NCBI GenBank assembly: GCA_951406725.2
Contig: OX597827.1
Location: forward strand, 25,296,001 to 25,360,000
Length of the DNA: 64,000 nucleotides
Reading direction: 5' to 3'
Source of the DNA: Octopus vulgaris
Lineage: Eukaryota
Shown: piece by piece, positions 41,111-57,902 of the stretch
Position numbering within the stretch: position 1 is the stretch's first letter
Layout: the number at the start of each line of letters is the position of its first letter
The notes under the pieces: generated by a model
Seen by the model: the letters and a program-made list of their open reading frames with translations, nothing else
Told to the model about the DNA's origin: nothing
Databases searched by the model: none
Position numbers and translations under genes: made by a program

Positions 41111-41786
41111 TGTGATAAATAAAAATATATGCATACATACAAACATATATGTACGTACCTACATCTACATGTATATATACATGCACATATAAATAAACGT
41201 AAGTACAGGACGCCACAACAAGACGTAGAAACGGGAAAAACAAAAATTTTACAAGTACAGGACAGGCTACACAAGGAAAAATCCAAAAATTTTTTACAAG
41301 AAAACAAGTACAGGACATGCTACACAAGGAAAAATTCACCGTCATCAGCTGTCGCTATTTAACTCAGGCGTTTTTCCAAGGCAAGACAGGACACTCGTTA
41401 ACTAGGCCTTCCTGCGAGAGAATTAAAATAAAATTCCAAGCAGCGGGGTAAAACGGGTAAGAACAGAAACAGGATGTAACAATAAAACTGCACAATAAAA
41501 TACAAGATAAAAATACATGTACAAAAAAATACAAGACGAGAAATAAAAAGGGAATACAATATGGGAAATCAAACAAACAAGAGGACAAATGAGAAAAACC
41601 AAACAGACGAAAAAGGTATTTTCTTGACAAGACGAAAGATGTTGTGTGGTAGCGTGTGGAAAGCAAGACTTTTCAGTAGCAGAGGCGGCGTGCGAAGGAA
41701 AGAAATTTTTTAGGCTGGGAGTGAGAAAGAAGGAAGGAGGGACACGCGGCTAAGAGAGAGAAAAGGGGAAGTGTGAGAGGGAGAGA

Positions 41787-41832
<46 letters not shown>

Positions 41833-42055
41833 GCATACATACAAACATATATGTACGTACCTACATCTACATTTATATTTTTCCTTGTGTAGCCTGTCCT
41901 GTACTTGTCGTAAAATTTTTGTTTTTCCCGTTTCTACGTCTTGTTGTGGCGTCCTGTACTTACGTATATTTATTTATATGTGCATGTATATATACATGTA
42001 GATGTAGGTACGTACATATATGTTTGTATGTATGCATATATTTTTATTTATCACA
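41111..42055. mobile_element. TA-associated element with partial direct repeat plus inverted copy (Penelope-like layout)
   Basis: 41111-41282 is inverted at 41878-42055; its first ~55 nt recur directly at ~41817-41872. Confidence 0.65.
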
Positions 42056-42571
42056 TTATTGTCTGACAGCGCCTCGCGTCAGGTTCGTTTCGATTTGTTG
42101 GTTCGTTCCACTTCTCCGTTAAATTTATATATATATATATATATATTTATATATCAAAGCAGCTTGATTCAAATTCGTTGGTAGTCTTGAGTTTAAGCGC
42201 GATGATAATCGTCAGCAATTTTGAATTTGGATGACAAAAGTTAATTGCTATTAACGTAAAGTGGGCTGTGATTGGTCGAGGGAGGTTACGCGGTGTCGTG
42301 GTTTGATGTTAGTATATGGGTAACAGTTAGTTGGAAAACACTGCATGGCGAACCGGAAATTGACCACGTGGAGGGTAGGAAATAGACATGAAATCGGTCA
42401 GGTTTTTGGTGGGAGGAATTAGGAAGGAGCAGCACGTGGAAGTTTATAATTCTATATGTGCGTGTGTAGACGCGCTCATATAGTGTTGCGGGCATGTGTA
42501 TATCGCTTAGAGTTACCTGTAACTCCCAATAAATTGGTTGAGTGCCCTTCTTTCGTTTCTCCACTAACTCC

Positions 42572-42605
<34 letters not shown>

Positions 42606-42783
42606 CATGCTCACATACAAAATTGTGATATATTATACCCAATGGAGTAGGTGTATAACGTGGACTTCCGAATTGCAGCTAAAATATTAAACAGTCCCAG
42701 CTTAAGATAAATTTGAGTTAGAAATATTGCATTAGATATACCTATACAGTTAGATATAAATATATAAATAGATATTGAAAGAC

Positions 42784-42818
<35 letters not shown>

Positions 42819-43154
42819 GGAGGAGAGAGTGAGGAGAGAAAGGGTAGAGAAAGAGAGGTATATATATATATATATATATAGATTTAAAATGGTTCGATAT
42901 ATAGAACCATTTTATATATAAGTATACACATATTCATGTACATACAAACAGATAAACACACACACCCAGACACACGCACTCACACATACACACACACATA
43001 TAAACAAACATGTACACGCACGCGCCCAAACATACACATCACAAAAATTACATTGAGAGATGGCGCGAGGAGAGGAGAGAGAGTGAATGTGGAAAGCAGA
43101 ATATATAAATCAAATGACGAGCTAGCGCCACCTATATAAAATGCTTCACATACA

Positions 43155-43212
<58 letters not shown>

Positions 43213-44792
43213 TAATACATATATATAATACATATATATATATGCATATATATATATGCATATATATATATATATATGTATATATATTTATATATATATA
43301 TATACATATATTAGCCAATGCAACCTCTCATGTATTTCAAGTAAATTCCTTTTAACAATTGTCACGTGATAACATCGATTCTTTCCACTTAAAACTATAT
43401 TTAGTTTCAATAAAATACACTATTTTTTAGGTCATATGATAATAAGGAATTGGCACGCGTGTCGCATGGAATTGCATACAGTTCAACGGAATAATCGAAT
43501 ATTTCGTTATAAAATGTCCTTTTTTTCCCCCTTTTATGTATGTGTTATTAGGAACTTAATGCTTTTATTTAAACCTAGAATCGAGTTTTATTCTTTGTGG
43601 CGTTCGATTTGTATAGGAAGGAAAATATAAAAACGGCCAACAATTTCCATTTCCCTACTTTGGTTTATACATCTATTCAATGCTACATTGCCTCATTGGC
43701 CTGGTAGTGTAGACCTTAAATGTTTCGTCTTTTCATTAAAACAAATCTATTTATGGATATCGTTTACTTGGAAAATAGACTTGTAAATTTTGCTATTGTT
43801 CCACCCAAAGAACTCTGAGACCCAGCAGATATATGATGTCAGGAGTTCCAGCAGTGACAATGCTGAGTCTTTTCTATGTGATCTGCTTCCAAGATCACAT
43901 TTTCCAATATGTTGTGTTCTTGTTCCTTTAAAATGGTAGCGTCTAAGTTCAAAGGGATATGGGTGCTATTTCTAGCCGTCAAAAATTCTGTTGTAACGAG
44001 GCCCCCACTGAGTTTGAACAATTGTTTTTAGGTTTTATAGCTCAGGACAACGGCCAAAATTAATACAATAAAAACAAGATCAGTTTTGGGATGACAAATA
44101 ACATTAACGTTTACATGAAAGTAACTCAGTCAATCAGATCTTGTCAACAAAATATGTGGCCAAATTTTCTTGAAATTTTGCGGAGTGTTGTAAAAACTGA
44201 GATTTCAAGTTCCCAAACAGAACAACCTCAGGTGTTACACAGAACTTTGCTATTTTTGTGATAAGGAGTTCTCATTTTTTTCTACGTACCCTGTCTTTAA
44301 TAACCTTGAACGATTTTCCTATAAATCACGAAAACATTTTATATAATGACAACTTGCAAATACCTCATTCACAATCTCTAAATGACTGCAAATACGAATG
44401 TTCCGGATAAAAAATATGGAAACCCATACAAAAATTAATGTAGTCATTCTCACCGTGACACGCATATATAAGTACTAGTCTTACAAATAATAAGTCCTTG
44501 TCATGATTTGTTCGACTAAAGGCAGTGCTCCAGCACGGCCGCAGTCAAATGACTGAAACAAATAAAAGAGCAAGAGAATAAAAGAGTCATTGGATTTCTT
44601 CTGATTTCGCGGAACAGATGATACTTTTATGAATATTGGTCTGGGAAACCCGTCAGTTTGACTGTCACTGCAATCGTGAACGGGACCTGCGACCATAAAA
44701 GCGAAACTAGCAATCGAAAGACATTCCTCGACTCGCAAAGATTTCAAATATAAATGACATGAAGGGAAAACCAATACAATCCAAAAAATGAC

Positions 44793-45162
44793 GACGCTGT
44801 AAACCCAAGCGTCAAATCACGCTGAATTTTCTGTTCGATTTTTAGTCCTTTAGAGATTTTATCAATAAGAGAGTGACCATGAGTATCTGGAAACTATATA
44901 AATTATTGAGCATAGTTAGTACCAATATTTGTGAAATTTCATTTCAACAATATGACACATACGTACTCACAGACGTTGTAAACCCAAGCGTCAAATCACG
45001 CTGAATTTTCTGTTCGATTTTTAGTCCTTTAGAGATTTTATCAATAAGAGAGTGACCATGCTGGAGTATCTGAAACTATATAAATTATTGAGCATAGTTA
45101 GTACCACTCTTGTATTTGTGAAATTTCATTTCAACAATATGTGGACACATACGTACTCACAG
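44793..45162. repeat. Tandem duplication, period ~179 bp
   Basis: Copies start at 44793 and 44972 and differ mainly by small indels. Confidence 0.92.
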
Positions 45163-45176
45163 AGATGAGTACGCAC

Positions 45177-45230
<54 letters not shown>

Positions 45231-45627
45231 GTATGTGTTTGTGTGTGTGTGTGTGTGTGTTTGATTTCTATTGAAATGAAACCTGTATGTTGTTTACAGC
45301 AAAACAAGGTCTTGTAATATTTACTTTGCAATTATGAAATAGAAGCACATTTTATCAATTCGCAGCTGGGAATAGCCTAGTTGTCATAATTAAAATTTGA
45401 TCTCATAAACCCAAATCTGAAAATGCACTTCCAGAAAACCTTAACGTTGTGTGTATGATTAATAGTCTTTCCGGCAGATAGAGCAATTACTATTTGCTTA
45501 AAGAAGCGTGAAAATAACAGAAATATTCTTCCATCGATTAATTTAATGGAATGGTAACGGGGTCGATTGGAAGGGTGGTATCTCACAGAGCGAAGATCAG
45601 TTCTGTACCATTGCACTTACAGTAACA

Positions 45628-46026
45628 CTTTTACTTGTATCAATCATTTGACTGCGGCCATGCTGGAGCACCGGATTTTGTCGAGCAAATCAACCCCAGG
45701 ACTTATTCTTTTTAAGCCTAGTACTTATTCTATCAGTCTCTTTTGTCGAACCGCTAAGTTACGGGGACGTAAACACACCACCATCGGTTGTCAAGTGATT
45801 GTGGGGGGACAAACACAGACACACAAACATATACACACACATACATATATCTATACATACATTTATACGACGGGCTTCTTTAAGTTTCCATCTACCAAAT
45901 CCACTCACAAGGCTTTGGTCAGCCCAAGGATATAGTTGAAGGCACTTGCCCAAGGTGCAACACAGTGGGACTGAACCCGGAACCATCTGATTGGTAAGCA
46001 AGCTACTTACCACACAGCCACTCCTG
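45628..46026 (-). mobile_element. SINE family B, near full length
   Basis: Matches 34277-34694. Confidence 0.92.
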
Positions 46027-46108
46027 TTCAACTTAAAATAAGTTTGTGGCTAATTTTGCTTCTCGCATTGTAAACCATCGAAGCTATTCACTCCCCTAAA
46101 CCAGAAGC

Positions 46109-48455
<2,347 letters not shown>

Positions 48456-48501
48456 GTTGTTGTTGTTGTTGTTATTGTTGTTATTGTTGTTGTTGTTGTT
48501 G

Positions 48502-48547
<46 letters not shown>

Positions 48548-48567
48548 CATTATTATTATTATTATTA

Positions 48568-49505
<938 letters not shown>

Positions 49506-49594
49506 TCTTGAGCAGCAACTGTTATTTCCATGTTGCTTACCCCTAGAAAATATGAAAAATGGGTAATAATCCCCCCAAGCTTTGCTTTTGTTAC

Positions 49595-49743
49595 ACTTAT
49601 TCAAATCCCAAAGAATCCCTTTCAACACATAGCTATGATGATCCTCACCCACTATTCCTGCTCACGATCAGAGATGCACATATTGTGAGCCACTAAGAGA
49701 CATGCTCAAGTGGTTTAAGGTCAAACAACTGACAAGCAAATCA
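49595..49743 (-). mobile_element. Internal fragment of the 560-bp element
   Basis: Matches 48885-49025 (aagaatcc...gatcagagatgcacatat...gtcaaacaactgacaagcaaatc). Confidence 0.85.
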
Positions 49744-50222
49744 TGTGATGTTTGCTCTAACGATATTTCTCCTTCAGCAACTCAGCGCTGAATCTGTCTG
49801 AAATGCAACGGAAAACAGGTTAGTTTCAAAAAACAAAAGCAAAGAATGAAGGGAATAATAGTTATTCCCTTTGATTTCTAGACTGAAGGACAAAGCAATT
49901 AACACTTACTGACCAAAACCCAAAAAGCAAAACAAGTGCTCCATCATGTTATTGTCGTTTTGTCCTCTCTCTGGCTACATCCTGATATTTTTCAGTTTTT
50001 ACAATTTCTTTGCTATCGGCTCTGTTATCATTTAGAGTCACTAAGTCTATGATCGTACACGATTTGTTTATATTGCTCTCTATAATCTTGTCCTGTTGCG
50101 CCAGTGTTTATGGACAGTCGTTATGGGGAAGTCTCATAAAATCTTGTAATTCTTATTCCCCTTCGCAACCTGTGCTTTGTGTTCATGACACTCTTCTTTT
50201 ACTATGAATTTATTATTATTAC

Positions 50223-50340
<118 letters not shown>

Positions 50341-50341
50341 G

Positions 50342-51387
50342 TTTTATTTCTCAGAACTTTCGGTCTTGTTTGTTCTGGTAGATTCTGTGAGCGCGGACAG
50401 CAGCCTGCTGTCAGAGGTCCCACAGGGTCTCTTTCCACACATTATAAGCTTTGATACTTGGTTGTTAATTATCATGAGAGACATTCAACATCCAAGTACC
50501 AATCTCAAAATCCTAATTGTCCCCCAGCAGAGCAGTTTGTTTGGCCTTGCTCTGCTCTCATATCAATTCAGATTTCTCTGACACATTTCTCGAACTTGGT
50601 TGTTAATGCTCCGAGTGCCCCTACAACTACTGGAATGACAGACACTCTCCCGACACTCTCCTCATAGTCCGCATTCTTGCAATTTCGTCTTTTAGTAGTC
50701 TGAATTTTTCTCATCTTTTCTAGTTCTTTGCCACTTATGCGTGGATAACCAGTTCTTGAAATACCTATGATCTTGATTTCCTTTTTTCCCTATCTACCAC
50801 AACAATATCCGGTCTCTGAGCATTGATTAGGAGTCACATTGTATTGTAAAATCCCACAGTATCTTATATTCCTTGTTCTCGTTGACCCTTTCTGGATCAT
50901 GTTCGTACCATTTCCGTGTTCTGTTCAGGCCATGCTTTTCACATAACCTCCAGTGGACGATCTTAGCCATGATATCGTGCCTCGTTTTGTAGTGCTTTTG
51001 GGCCAGCTTGCGGTACTCACTCGCAATGTTTGAGATTGTTTTGTTTCTGTTGCCACACATCCTACAAAGGGGCGACTCACTACTCTTATCTATTTGGAAC
51101 TTGGTGTAATTAGTTCTCAGAGCTTGTTCTTGGGCGCTGCATATCAATACCTCAGTGCATCTTTTGAGATCTCTTTTTCTTAGCCATCTCCAAATATTCA
51201 TCTTGTCTTTTCCTTCGATTTCTCTCAGGTATTGCCCATGCAGTGGTTTCATTTTCCAGTTGTTTACTCTTTCTTCTTCATCTTGTTTCTTAAATATTTG
51301 TGGATGCATCACATTTTCGGTAGGTATTGTATTGTTAATCCCAACAGCAGCAAGCAAGGATTCACTCTGCTGTTCGATGTACCATCG
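50342..51387 (-). mobile_element. 5'-truncated R4/Dong-clade element, different subfamily
   Basis: KPLHGQY, TEVLICSAQEQALRT, CRMC, YKTRHD, KILWDFTIQCD, C-terminal TALLGTIRILRLVL; followed by (TAA)n. Confidence 0.9.
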
Positions 51388-51877
51388 TCCGTATCCATCG
51401 TGAAGATCGCTCCACCCCCTTTCTTTGGCGACTATGGCGAAAGAGGTTGTGTGGTTGACGCGATTGAATGGGTTGAAGCCGACTACCTTCCTCTCGGCCA
51501 AGGCCTCATTGACTTTTTCAGGTTCCACTCGAAAAGGAAAGTGAGGCTGGAGAGGGAGGTGCTGTCACTTAGTAAGTTGGTTGAAAGGTGAGTGAATGAG
51601 GTAAAAATGGCCCGTGTGAAAAGGCCTAAACTAGACGTGCGTCTGTAGGCCAGATGGAATGAGAATGGGGTGCTTACCTGAGGTGCCTTTGGTGTTAAGG
51701 GGTCCAAAGTGTGTGAGGTTTCTTAGGTCATCTCTAATTTATTGGGGAAGTATTGTGTAAGTTTAATCTCCTTCTTAATTGTGTTTTTTTTTGCTGTTTA
51801 CACGTTAACCCCACTGTCCCTCGTCTGTGTATTATCCTATATGTTTTAAATTCGGCCCTGGTGGCCAATAAAGAAAT
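51382..51877 (+). mobile_element. 5'-truncated Tx1-clade 3' fragment
   Basis: SIVKIAPPP...GQGLIDFFRFHSKRKVRLEREVLS matches ORF 57555-57902; ends gccctggtggccaataaagaa(att)n. Confidence 0.9.
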
Positions 51878-51960
51878 TATTATTATTATTATTATTATTA
51901 TAATTATTATTATTATCATGATGATGATGATGATGATCATCATCATCATCGTTGTTGTTG

Positions 51961-52028
<68 letters not shown>

Positions 52029-52055
52029 GTTATTATCATTATCATTATCATTATT

Positions 52056-52180
52056 AAGCCGCCGAGAAAAATGCTTAGCGGCATTTCGTCTGTTTTTATG
52101 TTCTGAGTTTAAATTCCGCCGGAGGTTGATTTTGTTTTTCATCCTTTCAGTGTAAATAAAACAAATACCAGTTGAGTACT
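52056..52180 (+). mobile_element. SINE family A, deleted copy directly after (ATT)n
   Basis: aaatgcttagcggcatttcgtc...ttctgagtttaaattccgccggagg. Confidence 0.8.
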
Positions 52181-52199
52181 GTTATGTGGTGAAAACTCA

Positions 52200-52286
52200 C
52201 ATCTAATTGTTGGGGATATGATGGAAAATGTCAGCAGACTAAGGTGACTCTTGTTTACTAGTCATGCTTCGAGAACCTTGGGCAGA
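52200..52286 (-). mobile_element. Short Dong 3' end fragment
   Basis: ggatatgatggaaaatgtcagcagactaaggtgactcttgtttactagtcatgcttcgagaacc matches 47327-47405. Confidence 0.8.
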
Positions 52287-52335
<49 letters not shown>

Positions 52336-52553
52336 CTTCCGACGCCGATGGACGTACGTGAATCAGCTCCGTGAATTTGACACCAATTTCATTGGAAATC
52401 TATTGATAGGTTTGAATATTTTTTAATATTTTTGTAGCCAAACCGACCGGCTTCTTGCGGAGCTCGTCGGTTGGGCGAAATTTTGCCCCATTCGGGGTGA
52501 AATTACTGTTTATCCTTTTGAAATTAACATTTTTTGCACACACACATTACAAA

Positions 52554-54425
52554 ATGGCATTGAAACGAGCTGCTGGCTCTTCCCTCCTTCTTGCAACACC
52601 CCCCCCACAAGAACAAAAAAAATAACGTCACGGGTTGCGAACAACCCATTTCAGGCCGTAAAAGGCAACAGAGCTCCTCCTTCCGAACCGGAGAGAACGC
52701 GCTCGGTTCAAAAGGAGAATGCAAGCCAGGACGTCGCGTTCGACGTCACTCTTGATTTTCCCCCTCTGCCTTCACCCAATGCTTTGGTACGGAAGGAGGA
52801 GGAAGAAAAAACAATTACAAAAATCATCACAAACATTGACGCGGAGAAAAAGAAAAAAACTTCCAACAATTTTGCTTCTGCTGCGAAGCAAATTTCGGAG
52901 GAAGTTAAGATAACTCTAGAAGATGTGAAAAGAGCGAAGGAGTTGTTGAGGAAGGATGGCAATGGCATCTTCCTCAATACTCCACAAGAGGTGATTGAAA
53001 GCACTAACAAGAAAACAATAATTTACAAAGTTTTCGATAGAAAACTAAAAAGAATAACAAATGCCACACCCCAACAGTTGCAGATAGCTCTAAAGCCCAT
53101 TTGGGCCCAAAAGAGCTACGTAACCAAGGGGAAGCGTTTTGGAACCGTGGAGGTTCGCTTCCCAACAGAGGAGCTTGCAAGGGCGAACGCCATTTCGCCC
53201 TTGCAAACTGAGAATTTGTTACTAGTTCCGACCCACCTCGGGCGAAGAGTAACAAAAATAAAAATCGACCTCGCCCCCCCTGAGCTAGATATGTCATGGC
53301 TGGTGGCAGCTGTCCTCTATGATATAGAGGACACTACCACCATTCTAGATGTCAGGAGAGTGAGGGCGAAAAACTGGTTGGGGATGGGAGTGCTGCTTCT
53401 TGCGCAAATTCAGCAAGAGAATATAAGTAAAGTCCCTGATTTCGTAAGTTTGCCGGACGGCACCAGGCTAAACGTTGCTGTGGAGGGGCGAAAGCCAAAA
53501 TGTTTTCTCTGCAGCAGCGAAAGCCACTTAAAGAGGGACTGTCCCATTCACAAAAAGAGGATGGAGGCTTTCAGCAAGAGGCAGCAGCAACAACAACAAC
53601 AACAACAACAACAACACAAGCAACAACAAAAACAGCAAGAAACACCAAAGGCTGCCACACCACCAACACCATCACCAACACCAGCACCAAGACGAACAAC
53701 ACCACCTCCAACAACAACAACCACCACCAAACCAACACCGACAACCACCACCAAACCAACACCGACACCAGTACCTCGAAGGTCGACAGCAGCGACATCA
53801 ACAGTAACAGGAGCAGCGGCACCACCGATACCGGCGGAACCAAAACTTTTCGTCCTGCTACTGAAGCAGACCCTCAACCATTCCTTTGCCGGATGAAGAG
53901 ATCTCGGATTGTGCGAGCTCTGATTCCAACAAAGGAGAATGGAACATAGTGCCTCCAAAAAAGAAAAGGAGGAAAAAACAAAAAGATTTACAGGGGAAAC
54001 ACGAACAAATAGTACTTCCCAACATCAACAACAACATCAACAACAACACACACTCACAACAACAAACAACAACAACAACACTTTCGACACCACTACTGCC
54101 ACTACCACAGACACAAACAAACACAGACACAATTACAGACACGATTACAGCAGTGAATACAAGAAACCAGGAACTGGTTGAGTATTTGAAAAACAAAACA
54201 AGCACAAACATTACAGATTTCATAATACCTACACACAACACACCACCAGCACACATTCTCACAATAAAAATAAACAAAACAGTTTACAACGAAATAAAAC
54301 AAATATTCCCTAACGATGTGGGATCGTTAGGGAAAAGTTTCTCTCAGAAACTTTACAAAAATATTATTGAAGCACCCGTGCAAAAGCACAAGGGAGCCAC
54401 CCCCACCACCAACAACAGTAAGTAG
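52554..54425 (+). CDS. LINE ORF1 (gag-like, CCHC zinc knuckle), frameshifted
   Basis: ATG at 52554, shift near 52600-52625 into DFPPL...CFLCSSESHLKRDC...polyQ/PT-rich, then a shift near 53840-53875 into ORF 53886-54425. Confidence 0.8.
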
Positions 54426-54466
54426 AGCCTTTTTTCTCCTTTTTTTTTCCCCCTAACTTTTGAAAC

Positions 54467-57400
54467 ATGGCAAATCTTAGAATCGGTTGCTTGAATGTGA
54501 GAGGCCTCGGGTCACCTTGGAAACAGGGTCACCTGTTAAACGACCTGAGGTTTCATGATGTGGATGTAGCAGCCATCAGTGAAACCAGGCTCTCCGACCC
54601 GCAGGAACTCGCAGCCCTTTTCGGCGGATACGAGATATTTCTATCTCCGTGTCGGCCGGGAGCGGGCGGTGGTGGTACTGCGGTGTTGTTTCGGAAGGGC
54701 CTGGACCTGAAAATAAGGACAGTCTTCTTGGATCCGGAAGGTAAGTTGGTGGTCCTCGACGTCGACGGTAGTGACGGCGGTGCTTTCAGACTGATGGCTG
54801 CCTACGCTCCGACAGGAGCAGGGCAGTCGGATTATTTCAAACGTCTGGAAGTTTTCCTGGGAACGTCACGCACTCTAGTACTAGTTGGGGATTGGAACGC
54901 TGTCTTAGACGAACGTTTCGATCGGGTGGGCAGGGGAGCGTCTGATAGGAGAGGGGAGGGTGCAAGAGCCTCGCCAACCTACTCGGCCGCTTTCAGCTGT
55001 CCGACAGGTTTCGACTAGACAACCCGAATGTGCCAATGTGGACTTGGACAAACCGCATCGGGTCGTCTAGATCGTACTTAGATAGAGTGTTTTGTAGGCC
55101 AGCGGATAAGGACAGCGTAGGGTGTCCACAATTCCACCTAGTCGAATATACAGACCACAAATTAGTGATCTGTACGGTCGACTTAGATAGGCTACATAGA
55201 CAGGGACCCGGCTACTGGAAGCTGAACGCGTCGTTAACGGCGTGCAAAGCTTACAGAGACCGGATTAGTTTACTAGTTAAGCGGGCGCTCACGGGGGCAA
55301 TCATCAACAACAACTGGTGGTTTGCCCTCAAGAGAGCAATTAGAGTAGAGTCGATTAGGTATAGTAAGACTCTAGCTATTGAACGTAGGAAGAGAGAGCG
55401 GGATTTAGTTAAGAAACTAGACGAGGCTCTTGACACTGGCATCGCGACCGACGTGTTGGCGGCAAGGTTGGCCCTCGACCAACACTTCGACGCCAAACAC
55501 GAAGGCTGCGTTGTCAGAGCTAAGGCACGTTCGCTAAGCGGGGAGGGGACTAGAGCCGCTCGATGGGCCCGCGTGGCGGAGGCGAAGCGAGGCAACAGAG
55601 CAACCATTCAGTCTTTGGTGGACCAGAACGGGCGCGAGGTTACCCAACCGAAGCAGATGTGTACGGTGCTTCAGCGGCACTTTGCTCAACTGTTTGGGAC
55701 GAGCGGTGGAACGGACACCAACGGTACAGACTTCGGTGTGTACCTGGACGGCCTACCGCAACTCTCGGACAGCGAGGCAGAGTGCTGCGAAGGACCGATA
55801 TCTGCCTGGGAAGTACAGGAAGCGATGAAGAGTTGCACGAGAGGTAGATCGCCGGGTTTGGATGGTCTGCCCTACGAGCTTTACTTTTCAATGCCAGACT
55901 TGTTTGCGGACCTGTTGGCAAACGTCTACTGCAACTGGCAGCAAAACGGGAGAATTCCTGCTTTTGTCTGTCGAGGGGTGGTGGCTTTGCTAAAGAAGGA
56001 CCCAAACAAGGGGGACGTTATAGGGAATTTCCGGCCCATCACTCTGCTCAATGCAGAGTTGAAGATTTTGGCCAAGGTGCTAGCCAAGAGATTGGCGCTT
56101 GTCGTGGACAAGCTGGTCGGCAGGACGCAGACATGCGCCGTGCCGACCAGGTCGATACACGACAACCTCCATCTCATGCGCTACATCATAGAGAGGGTGG
56201 GTAACGACGCTGGCGCGGGTGGGGCTTTGATCAACTTGGATCAGAGTAAAGCCTTCGATAGGGTCGACCATCGGTACCTGGCAGCTGTCCTCAGGGCAGC
56301 CGGCTTCGGTCCAGTCTTCCGCGGGTGGATCGCTGCTTTATACAGCAACATCTGCTCGGTGAAACGGGTGAACGGTCACCTTTCGGAACCGTTTGACATC
56401 TCGCGTTCGGTCCGCCAAGGATGCCCTCTCTCCTCCCTCTTGTACATTTTGACTCTCGAGCCATTACTGCGCAAGTTGGAGGCTTTGAGGGGTATCCCGC
56501 GCGATCTAGGAGGCGGAAACAGCGTGTCTGCTTATGCCGACGACGTCACCGTGGTGGTGTCGAGCCACAGGCACATTGGCCTGATTGGCGAGACGCTAAA
56601 CCAGTACGAAGCGGTGACAGGGGCAAAGATTAACGCGGAAAAGTCTGTGGGCTTGCAACTGGGCACCTGGAGAGGCAAGCCCATGCCGTCCAACAGCGTC
56701 GTAGGGCGCTGGACAGACGGACCCGTTAAACTGCTCGGGGTCTGGTTCGGTCCGGACCTCCAGGTGGATAAGAACTGGGAAGAGGTGACGAGCAGGGTGG
56801 CACGTCTCACCCAGAAATGGGCCGAGAGGAAGCTGTCCCTGAAAGGTCGAGCGGAGGTGGCGAATGCGTACATCGCATCCGTCATCTATTACCGCTTGAC
56901 CGTCGTCCCTTGTCCCGACCGCTGGTTGGCCAAGCTGGTACGCCTGCTCTTCGACTTTTTGTGGAAGGGTCAGGTGCCACTGGTCAGGCGATCCATCTGC
57001 TGTCAACGACCGCTGAACGGAGGCCTTGGAATGCCGTGGTTGCTGTTGCGCAGACATGCGCTCAGGCTGCGGCATCTCAAGCGCTTCCTAGACGGTGAAC
57101 AGGTGTGGTCGTCTTTTGTCAGACGCGATTTTCCGCAGCTCGTCTCTTTGACGGAGCTGCAGACCTGGATCAAACGTAGACCGAGAAAGGGCGCTTGGCA
57201 CCTCGAGTGCCGTCAAGCCCTCTCCGCCCTCCGCCAGGCGGGCAATGCGCTCGGTTACAGCTCCACTCTAGCGTTCTATAGAGGGTTAGTGGAGGAAAAA
57301 TGCGACGACGTTCTCGGGGAAACTCTAGGCGTTGAAGACGACGAACTGAGAGGTCTGTTCGGGAGGACTTTCGGGCCGGGGCCGATGGATAATTTCCAGA

Positions 57401-57902
57401 GGTCTCTCGCCTGGCAGTGCTACCGAGGGGCTCTGCCTGTTCGAGATAAACTCTACCGGCACGGAAGTGCCGTCAGCCGGGCCTGCCCGAGGTGTTGCCA
57501 GGACGACGAAACCGTTCTGCACGCACTCGTCCAGTGCCCGAGTATTGCTGAAATATGGGTTTATGTCGAACAGCTACTGTCACGTGTATAGGACGGATCC
57601 GACTATCGGCCGAATCCATAGTGAAGATTGCCCCGCCGACCTCCTTTAACAAGGAGGGCGAGGCCGTTTTCTTGTGCCTAGTGGCTGTGGCGAAAGAGAT
57701 CGTGTGGTGGACTCGTTTGAAAGGGCTAAAGACAGACACTTTCCTCTTTGGTCAAGGCCTCATCAACTTTTTCAAGTTTCACTTGAAAAGGAAGATGAGG
57801 TTAGAGAGGAAAGTGCTGTCCGATAGCAAGTTTTATGAAAGGTGGGTGAATTGTGCGAGACTGGCCTGTATAAATGGACCAGTTCTCAGGTTTCGCCTGT
57901 GA
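54467..57902 (+). CDS. LINE ORF2 (APE endonuclease, reverse transcriptase, CCHC), frameshifted twice
   Basis: LNVRGL, SET, GDWN, YLDRV, TDH; SPGLDGLPYE, FRPITLLN, DQSKAFDRV, VRQGCPLS, YADD; CPRC..ETVLHALVQC. Breaks near 54955 and 57588. Confidence 0.95.

Noticed and set aside
41335-41410. ctgatga on the minus strand inside the 41 kb unit
   Set aside because: No stem II followed by GAAA at a suitable spacing.
55251-57739. Antisense and alternative-frame ORFs within the LINE ORF2
   Set aside because: Expected shadows of a GC-rich coding region.
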